From an uncultured bacterium (GTDB lineage: Bacteria > Actinomycetota > Acidimicrobiia > Spongiisociales > ZC4RG35), in NCBI GenBank assembly GCA_963825585.1, contig CAWGTX010000006.1, positions 963,905 to 1,027,904 of the forward strand: a DNA stretch of 64,000 bases, in the 5' to 3' direction. Positions 38,559-47,130 of the stretch are shown piece by piece. The notes beneath the pieces were generated by a model. It saw only the letters and a program-made list of their open reading frames with translations, was not told the origin of the DNA and ran no database searches. Every line of letters starts with the position of its first letter. The first letter of the stretch is position 1. The translations under genes and the position numbers were made by a program.

Positions 38559-39496
38559 CAGAAGTTGACCTGGTCGATGCCCTTGAGACCGAGGACCTCA
38601 CGGGTCTCGTCGGCGGTCATCGGCTCACGCGAGAGCTCGTCGAGGATGCGGACGATCTTCTCGACCTGGTCGGCGTTCGACTCGGCCAGCTTGCCCTTGC
38701 GCAGGTAGATCGAGTCCTCCAGACCCACCCGAACGTTGCCGCCCAGGGTGGCGCCGGCCGTGATCAGGTCGAACTGGGCGCGACCGCCACCGAGGATGCC
38801 CCATTCGGCATCGTTGCCGAACAGCCGGGTGGCGGCCTCCTTCATGTGGAACACGTTCTCGACATCGGCGCCGATCCCACCGAGGGTGCCGATCACGAAC
38901 TGCATGAAGATGGGTGTCGGCACCAGCCCCTGATCGGCGAAGAACGCCAGCGTGTAGAGGTGGCCGATGTCGTAGGCCTCGAACTCGAAACGGCAGCCCG
39001 TCTCGGCGGCCAACACGGTGAGCATGTATTCGATGTCGGAGAACCGGCTGACGAACGGCTCGTCCTTGGTGGAGGCGAGGTAGGGCTCCTCCCAGTCGTA
39101 CTTCCAGCGACCCTCGTACCTGGGGATCATCTGGAACAGGCCGTAGTTCATGGTGCCCAGGTTGCAGGTGGCGAGCTCGGGCTTGAGATCCCGCACCACC
39201 TGGAGCCGTTCCTCCACGCTCTGGCCGGTGGCGCCACCGGTGGTGATCGAGATCACCGCGTCGGAGCGTTCCTTGATGCCGGCGCAGTACTCCCTGAAGA
39301 CTCCCGGGTCCGACACGGGCCGCCCATCCCGGGGGTCACGGGCGTGGAGGTGGATGACACCGGCACCCGCTTCGGCAGCGGCCACGGACTGTTCGACGTG
39401 ATCCTCGATGGTCATCGGGATGTCGTTGTTCATGGTGGGCGTGTGCGCCGATCCCGTCACCGCACACGTCACGATCACCTTGCCGGCCGGCCGCAT
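38558..39496 (-). CDS. BKACE-family (3-keto-5-aminohexanoate cleavage enzyme, DUF849) protein; candidate 3-dehydrocarnitine cleavage enzyme
   Basis: Start MRPAGKVIVTCAVTGS...HLHARD... TIM-barrel BKACE signatures. Stop overlaps the lcdH start (TGATG). Confidence 0.85.
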   Translation of the reverse strand: MRPAGKVIVTCAVTGSAHTPTMNNDIPMTIEDHVEQSVAAAEAGAGVIHLHARDPRDGRPVSDPGVFREYCAGIKERSDAVISITTGGATGQSVEERLQVVRDLKPELATCNLGTMNYGLFQMIPRYEGRWKYDWEEPYLASTKDEPFVSRFSDIEYMLTVLAAETGCRFEFEAYDIGHLYTLAFFADQGLVPTPIFMQFVIGTLGGIGADVENVFHMKEAATRLFGNDAEWGILGGGRAQFDLITAGATLGGNVRVGLEDSIYLRKGKLAESNADQVEKIVRILDELSREPMTADETREVLGLKGIDQVNF

Positions 39497-39532
39497 GATG
39501 TCTCCCTCGCCCGAGCTACATGTCCCGACAGT

Positions 39533-39551
39533 CGTTCCGCGATTCGGAACG
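39533..39551. promoter_or_regulatory. Palindromic candidate operator (7-N5-7) in the divergent IclR / BKACE-lcdH promoter region
   Basis: cgttccg-cgatt-cggaacg. Confidence 0.5.
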
Positions 39552-39596
39552 TTCTGTATAGTGGACCACGATATCGCACGGGGAGACGGCGCGTCA

Positions 39597-40343
39597 ATGG
39601 CCGACAACGTTCAATCGGTGCTCCGAGCCTTCGACATCCTCCGGGTCCTGGCCGCTCACTCCGAGGTCCAGCTCCGCCACCTGGCCGCTGAGACCGGGCT
39701 ACCCAAATCGACCCTGTCCCGACTGCTGGCCACGATGGAGTCGATCGGGATGGTGGCTCGTGGTGTTTCGGAAGGCAGCTACACCTCGGGACCGGGGCTC
39801 CCCGCCATCACCGGTTCGGCCCAGCGCCCATCGCAGTTGCTCGGGGTGGCCCACGCCTACCTGGCAGAGCTGACGGACCGCTACGGCGAGGATTCAGCCC
39901 TCGCCGTCGCCGACGGCGAGGCGGTCATCTACACCGTGCAGGTGCGGAGCGACAACCCAATCCAGGTCCCCAACTGGACCCGCCAACGGTTCCGGCCGCA
40001 CACCGTCGCCGCCGGGTTCGTGCTGATGGCGTGGTGGCCGGCGGAGCGCCTCGACGCCTACCTCGAGACACCACTCGACGCCCCCACTCCGAAGACGATG
40101 ACCGCTCCAAGCGCCATCCGGCGCCGCTCGGCCGACATCCGCCGTCGCGGTTACGGCTGGGCCTTCGACGAGTGGCTCGAGGGCATCAGCGCCGTCGCAG
40201 CCCCCGTTCTCGACGGCTCCGACAACCTGGTGGCGATGGTCAGCACCTTCGGTCCCAGCTACCGCTTCCCGGGCGACCGCGACCCCGACCAGATCGGCCG
40301 AGACCTGGCCGAGACCGGACGGTTGCTGTCACGACACCTCTGA
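39597..40343 (+). CDS. IclR-family transcriptional regulator
   Basis: N-terminal wHTH (VLRAFDILRVLAAHSEVQLRHLAAETGLPKSTLSRLL) plus IclR effector domain. GGGAGA SD. Confidence 0.85.
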   Translation: MADNVQSVLRAFDILRVLAAHSEVQLRHLAAETGLPKSTLSRLLATMESIGMVARGVSEGSYTSGPGLPAITGSAQRPSQLLGVAHAYLAELTDRYGEDSALAVADGEAVIYTVQVRSDNPIQVPNWTRQRFRPHTVAAGFVLMAWWPAERLDAYLETPLDAPTPKTMTAPSAIRRRSADIRRRGYGWAFDEWLEGISAVAAPVLDGSDNLVAMVSTFGPSYRFPGDRDPDQIGRDLAETGRLLSRHL

Positions 40344-40411
40344 AGACCTGAGAGCCGTAGACATCGAGGTCGCGATAGGGGATCTTACGGTGGGATCCTC
40401 TCGGCGGAGCG

Positions 40412-40497
40412 ATCAACAGGTCAATCGGTCAACCGGTCAACGGGACCGGAATCGCGGGTTTGACCTGTTGACTTGTCGACCTGTTGACTTGTTGACC
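40412..40497. repeat. Inverted pair of 8-bp-period GTYRACAR arrays (locus B; 4 units, 15-bp spacer, about 5 units in opposite orientation)
   Basis: atcaacaggtcaatcggtcaaccggtcaacgg ... tttgacctgttgacttgtcgacctgttgacttgttgacc. Confidence 0.9.
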
Positions 40498-40694
40498 ATC
40501 CCTGCACAGGTCCGCTCAGCCGTCCCAGTCTGCTCAACCTCATTTTGCTGATTATCTCGTAGACATTTTGTGGAGCAGCCGAGCGCCGAGACGGTATGAG
40601 TGCGCGGTCCCGGATGAACCTCGGGATCGGAATTTGCCGGGCGCCTGATCTGGAATTGCCGGCCGTCGATGGGGTGGCCGACGGCGAACCGAAC

Positions 40695-42065
40695 TCAGGG
40701 GAGGTAGACCTCTTCGACAGCCACGATCTCTCCACCCTGCACCGTGACCCAGTAGGGCAACGCTCCGGCGCCGTACCACTCGAAATCGATGACACTGCTG
40801 TCGCCCTCGATCAGCAGCAACCACTGGGCGAGCGTCACCGGCTCGAGGCCGATTCCGGCTTGGAGGACGTTGCCCTGGATGCGGATGTCGGGGTCGTCCG
40901 CCAACGGAATCGGGGTCGTGTCCTCGGTGGTGTTGCGGATGAAGAAGTCGTTGGGCGGGGGTGACTCCTCCCCCGCCGCTTCGGCTGCGGCGGCGGCGTC
41001 CTCCCCGGTGAGGAAATCGGCTTCGTCGAACTCGATGGAGCCGGCACCGGCCGACCGGACCCATCCGAAGAACCGACCGTCGATGATCTGCTCGACGCCT
41101 GGACCCGTGTAGGCACGCGTCGAGCGGTCGAAGCTGAATCGCACGCCGACCGGGCCGACGAACGCCGTCCCGGAGGTGAGATCGAGCAGGAACGACTGGT
41201 CGCCGACCATGCCCGCCACCCACTCGCCGTCGGTGTCGAGGCGGGTGATGGGCCCTTCCACCGGGAGCGGGATGGCCGCCGCCGGTCCCTGACTGCCTAC
41301 CGGCAACGTGTAGACGTCGCTGTCGTCGGCGTCGGTGGAGAAGACCAGGGTCGAACCGTCGGGGGTGAGGACCACCGATAGGGGAGCCCCGTCGGTGAGC
41401 AGGTCGAGGGTGGAGGTCGATCCGTCGGATCCGACCTCGGTGACGAGCGACTCACCGCCGGCACCGCGCACCACCACCATTCTGCCCGACCCGTAGGACG
41501 CTCCGGTCACCTCGCCGGAACCCTGGTAGAGCAGCGTCGCCGAGCCGGTGGCGAGATCGACGGCCTGCACCCGGCCCCCGTCGAAGGTGATGGCCACAGG
41601 GAAGGCGCCGGCGACGGCCACGTCGGCGAGTTCCCCCAGGCCCGAGGCCGCCACCCCGTCGCCGAGCACCACGGTTCCGGCTGCCCCGTGCACCAGCCCG
41701 GCGGGGGTCACAACCGCCAGGGGCGGTTCGTCGAATGGCCCGTCGGCGTAGGTCGTCAATGGGCCGGCCACCCACACGCCGTCGGTGCGCTGCCACGTGC
41801 GGAACCCCGTCCCCACCGAGGCGGTGACCGCCGGGGCGTCGACGAGCGATTCGAGGAAGTCACCGGTCGGGTCGACGAGCGTGGTGGTGGTCGTCTCCGG
41901 CTCGCTGGAAGCAGTCGTCGAAGCGACTGACGTCGTGGCCGTCGTGTCGGCCGGGATCGTCTCGACGACGGGCGGGATGGCATCACCGGTGGGAGTCACG
42001 GGGGTGCACGCAACGAGCACGACCGAGATGACGATCGCAATCGTCTTTGGAGCGCGCGGTCTCAT
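40695..42065 (-). CDS. Secreted lipoprotein, Thr-rich linker plus probable beta-propeller-like domain (hypothetical)
   Basis: Start MRPRAPKTIAIVISVVLVACTP (lipobox). Start codon uncertain; the ORF is open to 42149. Confidence 0.55.
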   Translation of the reverse strand: MRPRAPKTIAIVISVVLVACTPVTPTGDAIPPVVETIPADTTATTSVASTTASSEPETTTTTLVDPTGDFLESLVDAPAVTASVGTGFRTWQRTDGVWVAGPLTTYADGPFDEPPLAVVTPAGLVHGAAGTVVLGDGVAASGLGELADVAVAGAFPVAITFDGGRVQAVDLATGSATLLYQGSGEVTGASYGSGRMVVVRGAGGESLVTEVGSDGSTSTLDLLTDGAPLSVVLTPDGSTLVFSTDADDSDVYTLPVGSQGPAAAIPLPVEGPITRLDTDGEWVAGMVGDQSFLLDLTSGTAFVGPVGVRFSFDRSTRAYTGPGVEQIIDGRFFGWVRSAGAGSIEFDEADFLTGEDAAAAAEAAGEESPPPNDFFIRNTTEDTTPIPLADDPDIRIQGNVLQAGIGLEPVTLAQWLLLIEGDSSVIDFEWYGAGALPYWVTVQGGEIVAVEEVYLP

Positions 42066-42120
42066 ATGCTTCCAACGTAGCGCAACCCGGTGCCGGTTCC
42101 GGGGCCGCGGCCGTACACTC

Positions 42121-42810
42121 ATGTCCATGGAGCGGCTCCGTATGGTCACCTATCTGGGCTCCAACACCCTCCCCATCGCCGGCGAGCTCGCCGCCACGCT
42201 CGGGATGGACCTGATCTCGACCGATGTGCTCGAACCCATCGAACGGGGCGCAGGCGACCTCTACTGGATGTGCGGTCTGCTCACGGTCGAGTTGCTCGAC
42301 TCCGGACGTCTCGACGCCGAGATCGTGGCCGCACCCGTGTTCCGCGGACAGAGCGGCCCGGTGTACCACTCCGTGGTCATCGCCACCTCGCCCGCCGCCG
42401 ACGTCACCGACCTCCCCGGGCGACGCCTCGTGATCAACGAGGTGGGGTCGTGGTCGGGCAACCATGCCCTTCGGGTCCATCTGGCGGACTCTCCGATCTC
42501 GTTCGGCTCGGTCCTCGAATCGGGCGCACACACCCGTTCGATCGACATGCTCCTGGCCGGTGAGGCCGAAGTCGCCGCCATCGATCACACCATCTGGGAG
42601 CATCGCCTGGCGACGGACCCGGCTGTGCACTCGCTGGTCGTGGTCGACCGCACCCGGGACTGGCCCGCTCCCCCGTTCAGCATGAGCCGACGACTCGCTG
42701 ACACCGATGCGCTGCGCCGCGCCCTCACCGCCGCGGCACCCGCCGGCCTGGACCGCATCGTGGAGGCGACCTCGACCGACTACGACCCCATTCGGGTTGC
42801 CATGCGCTGA
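42121..42810 (+). CDS. PhnD/SsuA-like periplasmic-binding-protein-fold domain protein without signal peptide
   Basis: LRMVTYLGSNTLPIAGELAATLGMDLIST... resembles phosphonate/ABC substrate-binding fold. No N-terminal signal. Confidence 0.5.
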   Translation: MSMERLRMVTYLGSNTLPIAGELAATLGMDLISTDVLEPIERGAGDLYWMCGLLTVELLDSGRLDAEIVAAPVFRGQSGPVYHSVVIATSPAADVTDLPGRRLVINEVGSWSGNHALRVHLADSPISFGSVLESGAHTRSIDMLLAGEAEVAAIDHTIWEHRLATDPAVHSLVVVDRTRDWPAPPFSMSRRLADTDALRRALTAAAPAGLDRIVEATSTDYDPIRVAMR

Positions 42811-42818
42811 CGACTCCA

Positions 42819-42854
42819 GGTGACCTGTTGACTTGTTGACCTGTCGACCTGTCC
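42819..42854. repeat. Array of four 8-bp-period GTYRACAR units (locus C, minus orientation), abutting the DMGDH stop codon
   Basis: ggtgacctgttgacttgttgacctgtcgacctgtcc. Confidence 0.9.
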
Positions 42855-45323
42855 TTACGCCTTCATCCGCCCCATCTTGGGATCGAACAGGGGGTCGGGC
42901 GCCACCGTCGCACCGATCCGCCGACCGAAGTACTCGATCTCGAGACGGGTGCCCTCGGTGGCGAGCCGGGCGGGCAGGTAGCCGTAGACGATGTACCCAC
43001 CGACCGAGTAGCCGTAGTTGCCGCTGGTGACGTACCCGACACAGTCCTCGCCCTCGAGGATGGGCTCGTACCCGAAAGCAGCCCCACCCTCGTCGAGCAC
43101 GAGACAGGAAAGCGTGCGCTCGGGTGGCGTGGCCGCCAACCGTTCGGAGGCCTCCCTGCCCACGAAGGCGGGCTTGTCGAGCCGGACCGTCCATCCGAGG
43201 CCGGCCTCGTAGGCGGTGTACTCGGTGTGGACGTCGCTCCCCCATCCCCGGTATCCCTTTTCGAGTCGGAGCGAGTCGAACGCCCCCATCCCGGCGGGGA
43301 TGATGCCGTGTCCGGAGCCGGCCGCCCACAGGGCGTCCCACACCGTGAGGGCGGCGTCGACCGGCATGTGCAATTCCCAGCCGAGCTCGCCGGCATAGGA
43401 GACACGCAGCGCCAGCACGCGGGCCATGCCGACGTCGATCCAGCGGGCGGCGAAATAGGGGAACGCCTCGTTGCTGACGTCGGCGGAGGTGACCTGGGAG
43501 AGCACCTCCCGGGCGTTCGGGCCCCACAGGCCGACCGCCGACCAGGCGTCGGAGATGTCGGTGATGGCGACGTCGGTGAAGCCGCCCTCATCCGCGACCA
43601 CTTCCATCCACCGAAGGTCCTGTGGTCTGGTGCCCTCGCCCACGAAGAACCAGAAGGTGTCGTCGGCGAGTCGGGCCACCGCCAGGTCGCGCTTGACCCC
43701 GCCTCTGGGGGTGAGCCAGGTGGTGTAGACGAGCGTCCCCGCCTTCCGGTCGACGTTGTTCGAACACAGGTGCTGGGCGTAGGCGGCAGCGCTCGCACCC
43801 TTGGCCTCGATGATCGACAGCCCGTGCAGGTCGAACAACGCCACGTCGTCACGGGTGGCGAGATGCTCCGCCCCCTGGATGGGAGACCAGAACTCGGCCT
43901 CCCAGCCGGTGCGCTCCGGGATGCGATCGGCGCAGCGGCCGACGAGGGTGCTGTTGGACTCGAACCAGTTGGGGAGTTCGATCCCGGCGAAGGCGGTGAA
44001 CACCGCCCCGTTGTCGAGGTGACGCTGGTGGAACGGTGACAACCGCACGTTGCGGGGCGAGGTGATCGGCTGACGCGGGTGGATGATCTCGTAGACCTCG
44101 GCGTAGTTCTTGTCGCACACCGCCGCCATGTACGCCGGAGTGGCCTGGAACCCGTGGAAGCGGTGAAGGCTCACCTGGCGGGGATCCCACTCCGAGTCGC
44201 CGTCCACCATCATCTCGGCGGTCATCTTCCCGACGCCGGCCCCGTGTGTGAGCCAGGCCGCCGTCGACACCCACAGCCCCTTGGTTCGGGCCTCGCCGAT
44301 GATGGGCATGCCGTCGACAGAGAAGGCGAACATGCCGTTGAACTTGGTGGGGAACGTGGCGGGGTCGAGTCCCCGGAAGAACGGCAGCACCCGCTGGGCG
44401 GTGTCCCAGGCTTGACCGAGGAAGTCGTCAAGGGTGAAGGGGTTCATGGCGGTGGTGCCCAACGTGTGCGAGCTCACCCTGATCGGGCGATGGCGGTAGC
44501 TCCCGATCCCGTAGGCGTTCCAATGCTGTCGGTAGTACATGAAGGTGTCGAGCTCCCGCATGGTCGGGAACGTCACCTCGTGGTCCTGGTCGGTCGGGTC
44601 GAAGTGGGCGAGCTCGGGAAGAGGCGGGGAGATCAGGTACTGGTGGTCGTAGGCGTGGAGCGGGATCGGAACGCCAACCTTGTCGCCGAGCACCGGACCC
44701 CAGATGTTCGTGGAGATCACCACCTGCTCGGTCTCGATGCGCCGGTGGTCGGCATTGGCGGTGAGAACGGCGGTGACGTGGCCATCCGCCACCTCGACGT
44801 CGGTGACCTCGGTGTCGGCCAGCCAGGTGACCGTCGGCCCGCACGCCGCCTGGAGGGCGGCGTTGAGGTGGGCGGCAGCCACGAGCTGTCCCCGCTCCAT
44901 GAACAACGAACCCACCAGGGCATCGGGGTTGAGGTGCGGCATGACCTCGAGGGTCTCGTCGACGGTGAGTATCCGGGACGATGCGTGATAACTCTTCGCC
45001 TCGCCGTTCAACCGACGGAGGTCTGTGAGCCGGCGTTCGGAGATGGCCAGCTCGAGCCCACCGAAGGAATTCACGGTTCGCCGACCCGGGTCGAACTGCG
45101 GCAGCGACTGGTACAGGTCCGCCCCGTAGTGACCCATCTGGGTGAGCAGCTTCGAATGCCCCAACGCCACCACACCTCCGGGGGCATGCGAGGTCGACCC
45201 GTGGTTGTGGGCGATCGGGCCCTTGTCCACCACGACGATCCCGTCCCATCCAAGTTTCACCAGGTGGTAGGCGATCGAGGATCCGACGATCCCCGACCCC
45301 ACGATGACGACCCGAGCCTGCAT
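42855..45323 (-). CDS. Dimethylglycine/sarcosine dehydrogenase family (FAD oxidoreductase + GcvT-like folate-binding aminomethyltransferase domains)
   Basis: Start MQARVVIVGSGIVGSSIAYHL (FAD GxGxxG). C-terminal GcvT-fold (SYAGELGWELH). Confidence 0.9.
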   Translation of the reverse strand: MQARVVIVGSGIVGSSIAYHLVKLGWDGIVVVDKGPIAHNHGSTSHAPGGVVALGHSKLLTQMGHYGADLYQSLPQFDPGRRTVNSFGGLELAISERRLTDLRRLNGEAKSYHASSRILTVDETLEVMPHLNPDALVGSLFMERGQLVAAAHLNAALQAACGPTVTWLADTEVTDVEVADGHVTAVLTANADHRRIETEQVVISTNIWGPVLGDKVGVPIPLHAYDHQYLISPPLPELAHFDPTDQDHEVTFPTMRELDTFMYYRQHWNAYGIGSYRHRPIRVSSHTLGTTAMNPFTLDDFLGQAWDTAQRVLPFFRGLDPATFPTKFNGMFAFSVDGMPIIGEARTKGLWVSTAAWLTHGAGVGKMTAEMMVDGDSEWDPRQVSLHRFHGFQATPAYMAAVCDKNYAEVYEIIHPRQPITSPRNVRLSPFHQRHLDNGAVFTAFAGIELPNWFESNSTLVGRCADRIPERTGWEAEFWSPIQGAEHLATRDDVALFDLHGLSIIEAKGASAAAYAQHLCSNNVDRKAGTLVYTTWLTPRGGVKRDLAVARLADDTFWFFVGEGTRPQDLRWMEVVADEGGFTDVAITDISDAWSAVGLWGPNAREVLSQVTSADVSNEAFPYFAARWIDVGMARVLALRVSYAGELGWELHMPVDAALTVWDALWAAGSGHGIIPAGMGAFDSLRLEKGYRGWGSDVHTEYTAYEAGLGWTVRLDKPAFVGREASERLAATPPERTLSCLVLDEGGAAFGYEPILEGEDCVGYVTSGNYGYSVGGYIVYGYLPARLATEGTRLEIEYFGRRIGATVAPDPLFDPKMGRMKA

Positions 45324-45481
45324 GAAGACCTCATTTCCAATGCTCTGGACAGTTCTGTACATGCTAAAACGTGAACGACGCGAATCCACATGCCGATCCC
45401 GCCATATGTCGAGTTGGCGACGTTTCTCAAGCCCGACGAATCGATACCGATACCGAACACAGAACGGAGGTCACACGGTCC

Positions 45482-46162
45482 ATGACGGTGAAACTGCTCA
45501 GCCCCGGCCAATCGGTGAAGGGGAGGCCGTTCACATCACCCACGCTGTACGAACGGGATCTTCAGATCCTGGGCTACATGCTCGAGGATGTGCGGGGTCT
45601 GATGGGCGAACTGTACGAAGGCGCCATCTCGATCCGGCCGTACGAACCCCTCTACTGGCGCGTTCACGGACTGGGACGCCGCACCGTATTGTGCGATCCG
45701 ATGCGACTGGGGGAACGTCGGGACATCTGCGTGGTCGGGTTCTTCGGTGAGCGGCTCTTCGGACCAGATGCCACCGCCCTCGAGAAGGCCGACGCCGCCG
45801 TGGTGCTCGAGTTCCAGCACTATCCCGGCATTCTGATCTACAGCTCGATGGAGCTGTCGGACGGCAACTGGGGCAATCTGGTGCTGCACACCGCCCCGGA
45901 GGACCGAGAAGCGTGGAGGGGCGGAGACACCCATGCCAGAGCCGTGGCAGAGCTGGTCCCAATCCACTTCCGGACCGTTCGAATCCACAACGGAACATTG
46001 TCCGGCGGTCTAGCGGGCGGGAAGGCGATCCGGGTCGAGCGCACCAAGTACTGGGACTACCGGAGCCCCCGGGTGTGGCAGGCCGTGCGGGAGCTGTCAG
46101 CTCAACCGGCGGCGGGTTCGGCGACCGGCGGCGGTTCCGACAATGTCGCCACATCGAGGTGA
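45482..46162 (+). CDS. Hypothetical protein (226 aa)
   Basis: GGAGGT SD before ATG 45482. No recognisable motifs. 3' end overlaps the convergent ABC ATPase by 60 nt. Confidence 0.45.
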   Translation: MTVKLLSPGQSVKGRPFTSPTLYERDLQILGYMLEDVRGLMGELYEGAISIRPYEPLYWRVHGLGRRTVLCDPMRLGERRDICVVGFFGERLFGPDATALEKADAAVVLEFQHYPGILIYSSMELSDGNWGNLVLHTAPEDREAWRGGDTHARAVAELVPIHFRTVRIHNGTLSGGLAGGKAIRVERTKYWDYRSPRVWQAVRELSAQPAAGSATGGGSDNVATSR

Positions 46163-47130
46163 CAGCGGGACAGATGCCCCGGGGCCAACTCGATCGGCTC
46201 GGGCTCGGTGACATCACACAGCCCCATCACAACGCGGTGACACCGGGTGTGGAACACACAACCCGCCGGAGGGTTGGCCGGGCTGGGTACCTCACCGGTC
46301 AGTGGGATGCGCGTACGGACTTCGCCGTCGACGCTGGGAACGGCCGACAACAACGCCTCGGTGTAGGGATGGTTCGGACCGTCCTCGAACACCTGATTGG
46401 TGGTGCCGATCTCCATGATCCGACCGAGGTACATCACGGCGATTCGATCGGCGAGGTACCGCACGACACCCATGTCGTGGGTGATGAAGACGTAGCTGGT
46501 CCGATTCTCGTACTGGAGTGAGGCCAACAGGTTGAGGATCGCCGCCTGCACCGACACGTCGAGGGCGCTGGTGGGTTCGTCACACACCACGATCCGGGGG
46601 TCGCCGGCGAAGGCTCGAGCGATGGCCACCCGTTGTTTCAGCCCTCCCGACAGCTGACGGGGTTTCAGATCGAGATGGCGGGGCGTGAGCCTCAGGTGGG
46701 CCGCCAATGCCTCCACCTTGCGATTGGCCTCCTCGCCGGCCACTCCGGTCAGCTTCTGCATGCTCCGCAGCAGGATCCGCCGCACCGACCAACTCCGGTT
46801 GAGCGCCGAGTCGGGATTCTGGAAGACCATCTGCATCGCCCGCTTGGATTCTGTCGATCGATCGTCCGTGCCCGCGGCGAGGCCGGAGCCGTCGAGCGAC
46901 ACGAGTCCACCTTCGTCGGCTGATTCGATCCCGAGGATGGTCTTCGCCAGGGTCGACTTGCCCGACCCCGACTCACCCACGATTCCGAGAGTGTCTCCCG
47001 CCGCCAGAACCAGGTCGACGTCGACGAGTGCCGGCACGTCGTGACCCCGCTGACGGAAGGTCTTCGAAACCGAGTTCAGCTCGAGGACCTCCGGCCGGTC
47101 GGCCGATGGCGAAAGGACGCTGATCTGCAC
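46102..47130 (-). CDS. ABC transporter ATP-binding protein (OppF/DppF-like NBD). Possibly the second half of a fused two-NBD protein.
   Basis: Walker A GESGSGKST, signature LSGGLKQRV, C-terminal peptide-ABC extension. Proposed GTG start at 47130. Confidence 0.7.
   Translation of the reverse strand: MQISVLSPSADRPEVLELNSVSKTFRQRGHDVPALVDVDLVLAAGDTLGIVGESGSGKSTLAKTILGIESADEGGLVSLDGSGLAAGTDDRSTESKRAMQMVFQNPDSALNRSWSVRRILLRSMQKLTGVAGEEANRKVEALAAHLRLTPRHLDLKPRQLSGGLKQRVAIARAFAGDPRIVVCDEPTSALDVSVQAAILNLLASLQYENRTSYVFITHDMGVVRYLADRIAVMYLGRIMEIGTTNQVFEDGPNHPYTEALLSAVPSVDGEVRTRIPLTGEVPSPANPPAGCVFHTRCHRVVMGLCDVTEPEPIELAPGHLSRCHLDVATLSEPPPVAEPAAG

Noticed and set aside
45482-46162. Assigning a function to the 226-aa hypothetical protein divergent from DMGDH
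   Set aside because: No motif I can recognise. Left as hypothetical rather than guessing.
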